Shown piece after piece: positions 10,265-19,875 of a stretch of DNA of 64,000 bases. The notes below the pieces were generated by a model, which was not told the origin of the DNA, did not search any database, and saw nothing but the letters and a program-made list of their open reading frames with translations. The translations under genes and the position numbers were made by a program. The stretch is from Syntrophales bacterium (GTDB taxonomy: Bacteria; Desulfobacterota; Syntrophia; Syntrophales; UBA2210). The stretch covers positions 96,001-160,000 of the forward strand of contig CAXXNF010000002.1 of NCBI GenBank assembly GCA_963666365.2, written 5' to 3'. Position 1 is the first letter of the stretch. Each line of letters starts with the position of its first letter.

Positions 10265-10425
10265 CAGGGTCAATAAAAGAGGTCCGGTTCCTATAGAGAA
10301 GTCAGCCCGCAGCTTTTACGGGGCGACGTTCCTTTTTGACGCCGTTGGCGACAAGCTCGGGATTGCCGCAAAAAAAGTCACTGGTACATTGATCCGGGAA
10401 TTTAGGTGGTAAAGAGAACGAAACC

Positions 10426-11229
10426 ATGAAAAAAGCATATGTTCACGGGTACAATCCTCGAGAGAACATTCGATTGCAGGATCAGGCTACGACCTTGGTC
10501 GACCTGCTCCATTACGATACCACATATCCAGCGGGAAGCTGTGTGTTGGAAGCCGGTTGCGGCGTTGGCGCACAAACGGTGACGCTGGCGAAAAATAGCC
10601 CCGGAGCTTCGATCGTATCCGTTGACATATCAGAACACTCGGTCGCGCAAGCCAAACAGAAGGTGCAAGCGGCAGGGTTGACCAATGTCCGTTTCCAGCA
10701 GGGGGATATTTTTCATCTGCCCTTTGCCCCGCATTCGTTTGATCATGTCTTTGTGTGCTTTGTCTTGGAGCACTTGAAAGAGCCGTGCGTCGCCTTACAG
10801 AAGTTAAAAGCATATCTAAAGCCGGGTCGAACAATTACGGTCATTGAAGGTGACCATGGTTCCGTCTATTTTTATCCTGAAAGCGATGCCGCGCATGCCG
10901 CGATTCACTGCCAGGTTGAATTGCAGTCTCGCGCGGGTGGAAACGCGTTGATTGGAAGGTCTCTGTATCCGTTGCTGGTTGCCGCGGGCTATCGCGAAGT
11001 CCGGGTCTCTCCTCGGATGGTATATGTCGATTCCAGCAAGCCAGAACTGGTCGATGGATTCACAAGAAAGACATTTACGGCCATGATCAAGGGGGTACGT
11101 CAATCAGCGATCGAGGAAGGCATCATAGACTCTGCTACATTCGACAAAGGAATCGAGGATCTATATCGGACGACCGAACCGGATGGTACATTCTGCTACA
11201 CTTTCTTCAAGGCCGAAGGGAACGCATGA
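10426..11229 (+). CDS. Class I SAM-dependent methyltransferase
   Basis: VLEAGCGVG motif I, VDIS, GDIFHLPF..HSFDHVF. Confidence 0.92.
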   Translation: MKKAYVHGYNPRENIRLQDQATTLVDLLHYDTTYPAGSCVLEAGCGVGAQTVTLAKNSPGASIVSVDISEHSVAQAKQKVQAAGLTNVRFQQGDIFHLPFAPHSFDHVFVCFVLEHLKEPCVALQKLKAYLKPGRTITVIEGDHGSVYFYPESDAAHAAIHCQVELQSRAGGNALIGRSLYPLLVAAGYREVRVSPRMVYVDSSKPELVDGFTRKTFTAMIKGVRQSAIEEGIIDSATFDKGIEDLYRTTEPDGTFCYTFFKAEGNA

Positions 11230-11239
11230 AAGCCGGAGT

Positions 11240-11270
11240 AATTCCGGGGACAGAGAATTCCCCCGGAATT
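11240..11270. repeat. GGGGACAG element copy R3 (minimal 31-bp hairpin)
   Basis: AATTCCGGGG-ACAGAGAATTC-CCCCGGAATT, 10 bp after the methyltransferase stop. Confidence 0.85.
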
Positions 11271-11276
11271 GAATGC

Positions 11277-11426
11277 TTATGCATCGACTTCGATGTCGAA
11301 GGTCAGTCGGGACACGCAGGCGTAGGTGTAGCCTTTTACGCGTTCCTCATCAGGAAGTTCATTCTCGTGCATTTCGACTGTGCCTTTATTGAGTTTGACT
11401 CTGCAGGCGCCGCACACCCCACTGTC
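11277..11426 (-). pseudogene. C-terminal remnant of a 2Fe-2S ferredoxin domain (not in ORF track)
   Basis: Manual translation DSGVCGACRVKLNKGTVEMHENELPDEERVKGYTYACVSRLTFDIEVDA*; first Cys ligand and upstream start codon missing. Confidence 0.75.
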
Positions 11427-11560
11427 AAGCCTGAACAGAGAGGCAGTCTCGACACCTCCTCGATTCCCCGGTACGCGACGACCGTATCCCCCTGTTGATC
11501 GGCAGGAGAAGAGAGCATATTCAACGTTGTATCCATATACGATCCTTAATGATCATGGCA

Positions 11561-11584
11561 GCCCCGGATTCATCGATCCGGGGC
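11561..11584. terminator. GC-rich hairpin downstream of hcp, possible terminator
   Basis: GCCCCGGAT-TCATCG-ATCCGGGGC; no clear U tract. Confidence 0.35.
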
Positions 11585-11616
11585 GTGCTGGTTTTGTGTT
11601 GATCGTACGAAATTAA

Positions 11617-13263
11617 TTAATTTCCCGCCATCATCGCGGCAATATCCTCCTCGACGGCCCCGATGGGCTTTATATCGAATTTCTCGACAAGCACCTTGGC
11701 CACTGTGAGTGAAAGGAAGCCCGGCAGCGTGGGACCCAGCCGGATGCCCTTGACGCCGAGATAAAGCAGGGCGCGCAGCACGGCCACCGTCATCTGTTCA
11801 TACCAGACGATGTCGTAGGAAATGGGCAGCTCGTTGATGTCGTTGAGGCCGAAGGCTTCTTTGAGTTTCAGGGCGATGACCGCCAGAGAGTATGAATCGT
11901 TGCAGTGGCCCGCATCGAGGACGCGATGAATGCCGCCGATAGCGCCCAGAGAAAGCTTGCTGTAGCGATATTTGGCGCATCCGGCCGTCAGGATCATGCG
12001 TGGTATCGGGGGGCAGCTTCTCGGCCACTTCGGTAAAGTAGCCGCGGGCCTTTTGCCGTTCGTCGCAGCCGGCCATGACGGCAAAGCGCTTAATGGCGGC
12101 GGATTTCACGGCGTCGATTACCTGATCGGCCAGGGCCAGACTCTGATTGTGGGCAAAGCCGCCGACGAGCGTGCCGGACTCGATCTCCTGCGGAGGGGCG
12201 CATTGCTTGGCCCGTTCAATGACTGCGGAAAAATCCTTTGCCCCGCCCGCCCGCCGGTTCGCAATGTGTGCGGCGCCCGGATAGTTGACCACACCGGTGG
12301 TAAACAGCCGGTCCAGATAGGTGTTGTCTTTTCTTACCGGGATCAGGCAGTTGGTGGTGAGGACGATGGGGCCGTTAAAGGATTCGAACTCGTTGTTCTG
12401 GCGCCACCACGCCCCGCCGTAGTTGCCGATAAAGTGACGGTATTTTTTGAAGGCCGGATAGTAGTTGGCTGGCAGCATCTCGCCGTGGGTGTATACATCC
12501 ACTCCGGTGCCTTCCGTCTGTGCGAGCAGTTCCTCCATGTCTTTCAGGTCGTAACCGGAAAACAGGATTCCGGTATTCTTACCCACGCCGATGTTTACCT
12601 CCGTAATTTCAGGATTACCATAGGCGTTGGTATTTGCCTTGTCCAGCAGGGCCATGGTGTTGACGGCGGTTTCTCCCGCCTTCATGATCAGACCAAACAT
12701 CTCATCCGTCGAAAGATCCCTGGTGGTCGACGCAAGCGCCTCCATGAGAAAGCCGTAGACGTCTTCTTCATAGCCGAGAATCGCGGCGCAGTCAGCATAG
12801 GCGGTGATTCCCTTGCTGCCGATGATCAGCAGCTCTTTCAGAGAACGGACATCCTCGTTTTGAACAGCCATGATGCGAACCTCATCGGACATGGCCTTAG
12901 CCATGATTGCTTCCTTGTGATCGGAAGCCCAAGTGGCGCAATCCTTCAGCATACCGCATACATCCGATCCGAGTTTTTCTTTCACCGCGCCGCGCACCTT
13001 GAGGGCCTGTCTGATCCGGTTGATAATTACCTCATCGTCCCAGGCTACGTTGGTAATGGTGATGAAAAGGGCTTCACAGATGAAGCGACCGGCATTTTTA
13101 TCCACCGCCCCTTTCTCCTTCAACAGTTCCCCTACACTGAAATCCCTTTGCACAGGTAAATGAGCAGATCCTGAAGATCGGCGGTTTCTTCGGGCTTGCC
13201 GCACACGCCCCTGACGATGCAGTCGGTGTTCTTGGCCGTTTCCTGACATTGAAAACAAAATAT
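11617..13263 (-). pseudogene. hcp: Hybrid cluster protein (hydroxylamine reductase) pseudogene
   Basis: After RBS AGGAGG the start reads ATA, then [22 protein letters not shown]; frameshifts near 13130 and 12000; motifs [32 protein letters not shown]; degenerate GCDER, GHCND, WYEQMT. Confidence 0.92.
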
Positions 13264-13632
13264 GATTTTTTCCTCCTGTCTGCTGTTAGTTTCAAACATT
13301 ATGCCTCACTCTATTTCAAAAATTGGTCTGTGTCTTTGCGCCGGCAAAAACAGGGGCGTCAAAGCACGAAAAATTTTAAGTTCCGTCAGAGGACAGGTTC
13401 TCGGAAAAATGTTACATTAAAATGCCCTTATGCATGTGCGGCGTAATTTGATTTTTCAACTGCATCAAATTGTGCTATATTTCGAGACAAACTGACATCG
13501 TGATAGCAGGTTGGGATAGTTTTCGTTTCTGTCGTTCCGGCGGAAATGATGAACAGGGAAAAGCGCAGTTTAAACAAGTGATAACATATCAACAGGATAG
13601 ACCATGCATTATTTGTTTAGAAAGGAAAAGAC

Positions 13633-14394
13633 ATGAAGACACGTATATGGATTGTTGCCGCAGTTGTACTGTTCCTCTTCCCTGTGATGGCGCATGCCGA
13701 GTGGGAGAGAACCATCAGTGCCTGGGACACACGCCTCCCCGACGAGGGGAAGGTGCAGGTGTCGTTCTGGGGAGGGTATTGGGAGACGGAGGTAAGGGGT
13801 GTCGATATCCAGGAAAATACCGGTTACATTGATATTACCTACGGTGTGTCGGATAGATGGTCATTCTGCGTGTCTCCTTCAGTCTATCGATGGAATCTGG
13901 AGCCGGGTCCCGCTGAGTCCGGCCTTTCCGACACCAGCGTCATGACGACCTACCGCTTCCTCGATGAGAATACGGATACGTTTGATGTGGCGATCCAGGG
14001 CGGGGTTAGTCTGCCTACAGGAGATGACGACAAGGGCCTGGGTTCGGGGAAAGTGGAACCGGGCGCAACGTTGCTTATTTCAAAAACGCTTGGGCCGTTT
14101 ATCGCCGTGGCCAACCTTGGCGGGAGGGCGATAATCGATTCCCGTGTCGGCGAAAAGGATTTTGTGGGATGGGCGATTCTCGAAGGTGTCTATCCCCTGA
14201 CCGAGCGACTGAGCCTTAACCTGTCGTTTTCCGCTTCGACGAAACGATATGATAATGCCGATGACGGCGCCGATGTGGGCTTAGGCTTTCGATTCACGCC
14301 GGTGAAGTGGATGTTCCTTGGCGGCATGGCCTATGCGAGTTTTACCGACGCCTACGACTGGGGCGTTAATCTCGCTGTGGGCTTTGAATTCTAA
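13633..14394 (+). CDS. Outer-membrane beta-barrel, MetA-pathway/'transporter' porin-like
   Basis: Signal peptide ending AHA; GLSDT...YRF, SLPTGDDDKGLGSG; terminal Phe (GFEF). Confidence 0.8.
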   Translation: MKTRIWIVAAVVLFLFPVMAHAEWERTISAWDTRLPDEGKVQVSFWGGYWETEVRGVDIQENTGYIDITYGVSDRWSFCVSPSVYRWNLEPGPAESGLSDTSVMTTYRFLDENTDTFDVAIQGGVSLPTGDDDKGLGSGKVEPGATLLISKTLGPFIAVANLGGRAIIDSRVGEKDFVGWAILEGVYPLTERLSLNLSFSASTKRYDNADDGADVGLGFRFTPVKWMFLGGMAYASFTDAYDWGVNLAVGFEF

Positions 14395-14414
14395 GAGATT
14401 GCTTCGTCGCTGTC

Positions 14415-14474
14415 AATTCCGGGGACAGTATACTTAATTCAAGGCGCAATTCCGAATTAAATATCCCCGGAATT
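14415..14474. repeat. GGGGACAG element copy R4
   Basis: Full left arm AATTCCGGGGACAGTATACTTAATTC (14415-14440); internally deleted right arm GAATTAAATATCCCCGGAATT (14454-14474). Confidence 0.9.
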
Positions 14475-14539
14475 GCGCCGGCAAGGCCCGGCGGGAAGAT
14501 CTTCATCTTGGCAGGTGTATATATTTTACAGCTTCTGCT

Positions 14540-15655
14540 TCAAGCTGCTCTAAATTCAGAGGGAAGCTTGAAATCTGTCCCTTTTCTATCAACGGCCAGC
14601 ATTGCCCTGTTCCGGTTACCTTTCTTCAGTTCCGGTTCATACGCGATTGCCAGTTGCTCATTCCACTGCGGTGCAAGCTTTGCGGCCTCGATGAGCATGG
14701 TCTGCAGGTGCTTGTTGCGTTTCTTGGAGATCGTGCCGCGCTGTTTCTTCCCCGCCGATTCCCTCTGTGCGCTGCACAGCCCGCAGTAACTGACTGCCTT
14801 CCGAATGGATGTAAATCGTCCCGGATCGTCGATCTCCAGCACCCAAGTCAGGGCTGTTATCTCTCCTACGTCTGGGATGTTCATGAGACGCTGCACCCGA
14901 TCACGGATTAGGCTGTGAGTGCGAAGCGTTGCAATAAGTTGCTTCTGGAACGAGCGAAACATCTCATAGCTTGAACGGCTCAGATGTAGAAGTTCCTTAA
15001 CGGAAGGGGGAATCTCATCGACTCGTTCAAGGAGTTCACAGAAATATTTCTTATCATGCAGCCGTTTCTTACTGTATGAAGCACCAACTTCCATGAGCAA
15101 GCCTGACATCTTGTTCTGCACCTTCACTGCCGTTCGAACAATGTGGTTACGATACCGTAATATCCGTCTCAGTTCACGAATTTCTTCTGAAAGCATGTAA
15201 CATTCAGGGAGGAGATTCACCCGCAACAGATCAGCTATCTTCTCGGCATAGGCTTTATCGTTCTTTTTCTTGGCGACCGTTATAGCCTTGAGCATCACAG
15301 GATGAGCCACCTTCAGGGCAAGGGCGTGCGGTTTGAGAAAATCCTATACCCATCCTGTGAACATAGTCGCCTCCATCGCGCCTATCCAGGGTCCCGGCAG
15401 ACCCTTCACCCATCTCTCCAGTGACTGCCTGTCGGCCCCTATCTTTCCCTGGTCAATCAAACATCCGTCAATGGCCTTAATACAATAGGCAATTACTTTC
15501 TTGTGAATGTCCAACCCGATATAATACAACCTGCTCATGGGAAACCTCCTTGTGGTTTATTTCTGGGCGAGGCCGTCTCGTTCCAGCAGTTTGTCTATAC
15601 ACACAATATCAACTGCCGGGAGGTTTCCTCCAATCTTTCTTACTTATGCATTCAA
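14540..15655 (-). mobile_element. IS110-family element; recombinase gene (15538-14540) broken by one in-frame TAG
   Basis: YIGLDIHK and AMEAT (DEDD domain), KKNDKAYA, YCGLCSAQRESAG (Tnp20 Ser). The two ORFs are in the same frame, separated by TAG at 15346-15344. 117-bp structured upstream end; downstream end not defined. Confidence 0.9.
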
Positions 15656-15767
15656 ACAGTATACTTAATTCTAATTAAAAAGCTTTGAGTGTTTTCTGCA
15701 GGTCGAGGCGGAGAGGATTCTTTTGTCTTTATAGGGATTCCGAATTAAGTATACTGTCCCCGGAATT
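15656..15767. repeat. GGGGACAG element copy R5
   Basis: Left arm ACAGTATACTTAATTC lacks the outer AATTCCGGGG; right arm GAATTAAGTATACTGTCCCCGGAATT (15742-15767) is the perfect reverse complement of 14415-14440. Confidence 0.9.
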
Positions 15768-15771
15768 TTCG

Positions 15772-15810
15772 TTGACATGAGTGCAATAAGTGAATAGTAT
15801 TCACTTATTG
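15772..15810 (+). promoter_or_regulatory. Sigma70 promoter with overlapping 27-bp palindromic operator
   Basis: TTGACA (15772-77), 17-bp spacer, TAGTAT (15795-800); CAATAAGTGAATA-G-TATTCACTTATTG (15784-15810) covers the -10. Confidence 0.85.
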
Positions 15811-15976
15811 AGGGTTTGTCAGCACAAAAGGCAGAGCTGCGCAACATCCCGTGATAGCCGTGATTTACGGTAAGGAGGGGAAAGGGCTGTGTGCGGGTAT
15901 AAATGGCGCCGCCGGTGAGACCGACACCGTGCGCGGGTCAGTGGCGCATGTCTTCAAGGGGAAGGGGGGTACACTC

Positions 15977-16816
15977 ATGGAAGGATCACTCAGGGACAGG
16001 ACCGCCATAGTTACGGGATCGGGAAAGCGGACCGGTATCGGATACGCCATTGCGGAAAAGCTTGCGTCCCGGGGCGCCCACGTGGTGATCGCCGATCTGG
16101 GAGAGTTAGCTCAAAATGGGGGAAATCCGCTCAAGACGGGAACATGGGATGAAATGTGTGATATTGCGTCGGAGCTTACTGACAGCTTCGATGTCAAGAC
16201 GCTGGCCGCGCATCTCGATGTAACCGATCCCGATTCAATTGCCATGATGGTCGAGGCGGTCCGCAAGACCTTCGGCGCCGTCGATATTCTCTGCAACAAC
16301 GCCGGCGCCTCTTTCGGCGTGCCCAATGCCGTAATTTCCTATGATGAAGAGGCCTGGATGAGAACTATCGATGTAAACCTGCACGGTGTGTTCCGTGTGT
16401 CCCGGGCGGTCATTCCGCTGATGAGCGGACGTCCGGCAAGCATCATCAACACGGCATCGCGGGCGGGGAAAAAGCCTCCCCTGTTCAACGGGGCCTACGC
16501 CGTGGCCAAGGCAGGGGTCATCATGTTGACAAAGGTGATGGCGCTGGAGTGCGGAGGCATGGGCATCAGGGTCAATGCCGTATGTCCCGGCCAGATTTCC
16601 ACGGATCTGGAGAAGTGGCGCTTCGGCCTGGAGGCGCAGTTCTATGGGACTACTGTTGAGGAGCGGGAACGGCTGATGTGCGAGACGATTCCCCTCGGGC
16701 GGATAGGCACGCCCGAAGAGGTGGGCGATCTGGTGGCCTGGCTTGCATCGGATGAGTCATCCTATGTGACGGGACAGGCGGTCAATATTACGGGCGGTCA
16801 ACTGATGGAACTGTAG
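15977..16816 (+). CDS. SDR family NAD(P)-dependent oxidoreductase
   Basis: TGSGKRTGIG, NNAG, YAVAK, VNAVCPG. Confidence 0.92.
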   Translation: MEGSLRDRTAIVTGSGKRTGIGYAIAEKLASRGAHVVIADLGELAQNGGNPLKTGTWDEMCDIASELTDSFDVKTLAAHLDVTDPDSIAMMVEAVRKTFGAVDILCNNAGASFGVPNAVISYDEEAWMRTIDVNLHGVFRVSRAVIPLMSGRPASIINTASRAGKKPPLFNGAYAVAKAGVIMLTKVMALECGGMGIRVNAVCPGQISTDLEKWRFGLEAQFYGTTVEERERLMCETIPLGRIGTPEEVGDLVAWLASDESSYVTGQAVNITGGQLMEL

Positions 16817-16834
16817 AAAGAAGGAGGCATCGGA

Positions 16835-18529
16835 ATGGACGAGATTACCGGTGGAAGGCTTGCGGCCGAGGCCCTTGTAGAGAAGGGTGTTCGCTATGTC
16901 TTTACCATAAGTGGCGGCCATATTACCCCCATTTACGAGCACCTGGAGGCATCACCGGTGACGCTCTTCGACACCCGTCACGAACAGGCGGCCGTCTTTA
17001 TGGCCGAGGCCTGGGGACGGATGACGCGGAAGCCGGGAGTGGCCATGGTGACAGCGGGACCGGGCTTCACGAATGCCCTTTCGGGAATTGCCAATGCGCG
17101 GCTGGCCAATTCACCGCTGATTCTCATTTCCGGGTGCGTGGGACTTGAATCAGCTGAAAAACTCGACCTTCAGGACATGTGTCAGCTTCCGGTCATCAGT
17201 CCCATGGTAAAACGGGCCTTTGTGTGCCACCATGCCGAAAGAATTCCCGAATTCTTCGATCTTGCCTATCGGACCGCCGTGAGCGGGAGGCCCGGTCCGG
17301 TCTATCTGGAGCTTCCCGTAGACGTTCTCAATGCAAAAGCCGATCCAGCAAAGGTGAAGAAAATCAGCACCACTGTACCTTCCCGGCCTGCCGACTCGCA
17401 TCAGGCAGCGCAGCTTCTTGAGATGATTAATCACGCGACCCAGCCGATCATCATTGCCGGAAGCGGTGCCTGGTACGCCGATGCGGCGGGGGAACTGGTC
17501 CGCTTTGTCGAAAAGACGGGCATTCCCGTCTTTACCTCGTCGCTGGGCCGAGGGACCGTTCCCGACACCCACCCGCTCTGCTTCGAGTCATCGCTGCCGA
17601 TTCGTCCCGGTGCGGCCCTGATGGCCGCCATGAGCGCCGATCTCGTTATCTTTCTGGGAGCGCGGCTCGGGCTGTTCTATATTTTCGGGGATATTTTTCG
17701 AAAGGATGCCCGCATTGTCCAGGTGGACATAGCGCCTGAGGAAATCGGGCGAAACCGTTCGGTCGACCTCGCCGTGATGAGTGATGTCGGGGCGTTCCTT
17801 GCCGAATGCAACAGCCTTCCGGTCGCCGGCGGTACCGGCGGTGCGCCGGCATCGCAGTATAACGAGTGGGTTCTGATGCTGAAAAAGTCGGAAGCCGAAG
17901 GGAAGGCGCAGGCCGAACCGGACTGGAACAGCAATCATGTTCCCATCCATCCTCTTCGTCTTGCCCGGGAGATAAATAGTTTTATGAACCGGGATGATGA
18001 CATCGTTGTGGCCGATGGGGGGGACACTCAGATCTGGATGGCGATGACCCGTACGATTCCGCAGCCCGGCCATTATCTCGATTCGGGGCTCTACGGGTGC
18101 CTTGCCGTGGGAATTCCTTACGCCAACGCGGCGAAACTTCTCTATCCTGAAAAACGGGTCTGTCTCGTCATCGGCGATGGGTCGGTGGGGTTCAATTTTA
18201 TGGAATTTGAGGTTGCCATACGGCGTAAGCTCCCCATTGTTGTCGTGATAAGCAATGATCTCGGGTGGGGAATGATCCGCCACAGTCAGGAACTGCGCCT
18301 GGGCCACGCCATCAAGGAGGGAACCTATATAGGAGAGGTGAACTATCACCTGCTGGTAGAGGCCCTGGGAGGCAAGGGCCTGCGCGTGGACAGACCGGAA
18401 GATATACGCCCTGCGCTGGAAGAGGCCTTCGCTTCGGGCGTGACGACCTGTATCAACGTGATGACCGATCCCACCACGGTAAGTCCGGGAAGTGTGGCGC
18501 TTGCCAACCTGGGGTCCTACAAGGCGTAG
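16835..18529 (+). CDS. ThDP-dependent enzyme, 2-hydroxyacyl-CoA lyase/IlvB-like
   Basis: SGGHI, RHEQAA, TAGPGFTN, GRPGPV, ThDP motif GDGS...ND. Confidence 0.88.
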   Translation: MDEITGGRLAAEALVEKGVRYVFTISGGHITPIYEHLEASPVTLFDTRHEQAAVFMAEAWGRMTRKPGVAMVTAGPGFTNALSGIANARLANSPLILISGCVGLESAEKLDLQDMCQLPVISPMVKRAFVCHHAERIPEFFDLAYRTAVSGRPGPVYLELPVDVLNAKADPAKVKKISTTVPSRPADSHQAAQLLEMINHATQPIIIAGSGAWYADAAGELVRFVEKTGIPVFTSSLGRGTVPDTHPLCFESSLPIRPGAALMAAMSADLVIFLGARLGLFYIFGDIFRKDARIVQVDIAPEEIGRNRSVDLAVMSDVGAFLAECNSLPVAGGTGGAPASQYNEWVLMLKKSEAEGKAQAEPDWNSNHVPIHPLRLAREINSFMNRDDDIVVADGGDTQIWMAMTRTIPQPGHYLDSGLYGCLAVGIPYANAAKLLYPEKRVCLVIGDGSVGFNFMEFEVAIRRKLPIVVVISNDLGWGMIRHSQELRLGHAIKEGTYIGEVNYHLLVEALGGKGLRVDRPEDIRPALEEAFASGVTTCINVMTDPTTVSPGSVALANLGSYKA

Positions 18530-18585
18530 GTAACAACAACGTGCACTGGGGCCGAGTTGCATGCCCGCAGAAAAGGAGGCGTATC

Positions 18586-19875
18586 ATGGGACAGGATACC
18601 ACCCCTGAAGGGTATCTGATTTCCAAGAAGTATTCCTACTACGTGTTTCTCCTTTTATTCTTGCTTTACATGTTCAACTATATTGACCGGATGGTGGTTG
18701 TTTCCATCTTCCCCTTCCTCCATGATGACTGGGGCCTTTCCGATACTCAGTGCGGTCTTCTTGTGTCGGCGGCCTACTGGGCCATCTTGATCTTCTCTCT
18801 GCCCTTTTCCATCCTTATCGACCGGTGGAGTCGCCGCAAGGCCATCGGAATTATGGCGGTCCTCTGGAGTGTGGCCACGGCGCTGTGCGGATGCGCGAGA
18901 AATTTTACCCAGCTTTTTACCGCCCGCGCGATAATCGGAATCGGCGAGGCAGGGTTTGCGCCGGGGGGGACGGCCGTCATATCGGCCATATTCCCTCAGG
19001 AAAAGCGGGCGCAGATTATGGGGCTCTGGAACGCCTCCATCCCCCTGGGAAGCGCCCTCGGCATTGCGCTTGGAGCGGTCATCGCCGAACACTGGGGGTG
19101 GCGCTATGCCTTCTGGGCCGTGGCGATTCCCGGATTGATCGCAGGATTTTTCTTTTACAGAATACGGGACTATAAGACGGTGAACCTTACCAGAACACTG
19201 GCGGGGGATGTGCGGGTATCAATGAGGGCGGGCGATATTGTTGCGGAGTTCATGAAAACACCGTCGCTTATTCTCACCTACCTGGCCTTTGCGGGAAATC
19301 TCTTTGTCACCACCTCACTGATGAGCTGGCTGCCCACTTATTTCCACCGGTACGAAGGGGTGTCCATGAGCAGGGCGGGCATGATGAGCGGCGTCGTAAT
19401 GGCACTCGCCGTTATCGGGGCGCCGCTGGGGGGAATGCTGGCCGATAGATGGCAGCAAACACGGTCAACGGCGCGGCTTCTCTTCAGTGCGCTGAGTTCA
19501 ACCCTGGCAGCGTGTATTTTTTTCGTGGCCTTTGCCTTTTTTGAAGGGACCGCTCAGTATGTGCTCTTTTTGCTCGGAGGGGTCGCGGTGGTGGCGTTTG
19601 TGCCCGCAGCGGCGGCGGTGACACAGGATGTGGTGCATCCGGGGCTGAGGGCCGTTTCATACAGCCTCTGCGTCATTGTGCAGCACATTCTGGGAAGCGC
19701 CGTCGGCCCCGTCTTTGTGGGCGCCGTGTCGGATCGGACAGATCTGAAAACAGGGCTTGTGATGGTACCTTCCTTTGCGGTCATCGCCGGTGTATTGTTT
19801 CTTGCGGGGTCTTTTTTCTATGATCGTGATCTGGCCAAGGTGGAAAAGATCGATATCACGGCGGAGGAGCAATGA
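18586..19875 (+). CDS. MFS transporter (spinster-like)
   Basis: FNYIDR, DRWSRRK, RAIIGIGEAGF; about 12 TM segments; RBS AGGAGG. Confidence 0.9.
   Translation: MGQDTTPEGYLISKKYSYYVFLLLFLLYMFNYIDRMVVVSIFPFLHDDWGLSDTQCGLLVSAAYWAILIFSLPFSILIDRWSRRKAIGIMAVLWSVATALCGCARNFTQLFTARAIIGIGEAGFAPGGTAVISAIFPQEKRAQIMGLWNASIPLGSALGIALGAVIAEHWGWRYAFWAVAIPGLIAGFFFYRIRDYKTVNLTRTLAGDVRVSMRAGDIVAEFMKTPSLILTYLAFAGNLFVTTSLMSWLPTYFHRYEGVSMSRAGMMSGVVMALAVIGAPLGGMLADRWQQTRSTARLLFSALSSTLAACIFFVAFAFFEGTAQYVLFLLGGVAVVAFVPAAAAVTQDVVHPGLRAVSYSLCVIVQHILGSAVGPVFVGAVSDRTDLKTGLVMVPSFAVIAGVLFLAGSFFYDRDLAKVEKIDITAEEQ

Noticed and set aside
13335..13348. TTTGC-GCCG-GCAAA as an HcpR/Crp-Fnr site for hcp
   Set aside because: Poor match to the known consensus and unconvincing spacing to a -10; too short to support.
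15344..15346. In-frame TAG in the IS110 gene as pyrrolysine readthrough
   Set aside because: The context (GWV*DFL) fits a Tyr codon mutated by one base; no pyl genes in the window; the C-terminus also looks eroded.
9151..15767. Repeats as CRISPR or integron attC sites
   Set aside because: Spacing is about 1-3 kb and irregular; no cas or intI gene; no RYYYAAC/GTTRRRY ends.
15811..15976. Long 5' leader as a riboswitch
   Set aside because: No recognisable TPP, Moco/Wco or c-di-GMP consensus by eye; an Rfam scan would be needed.
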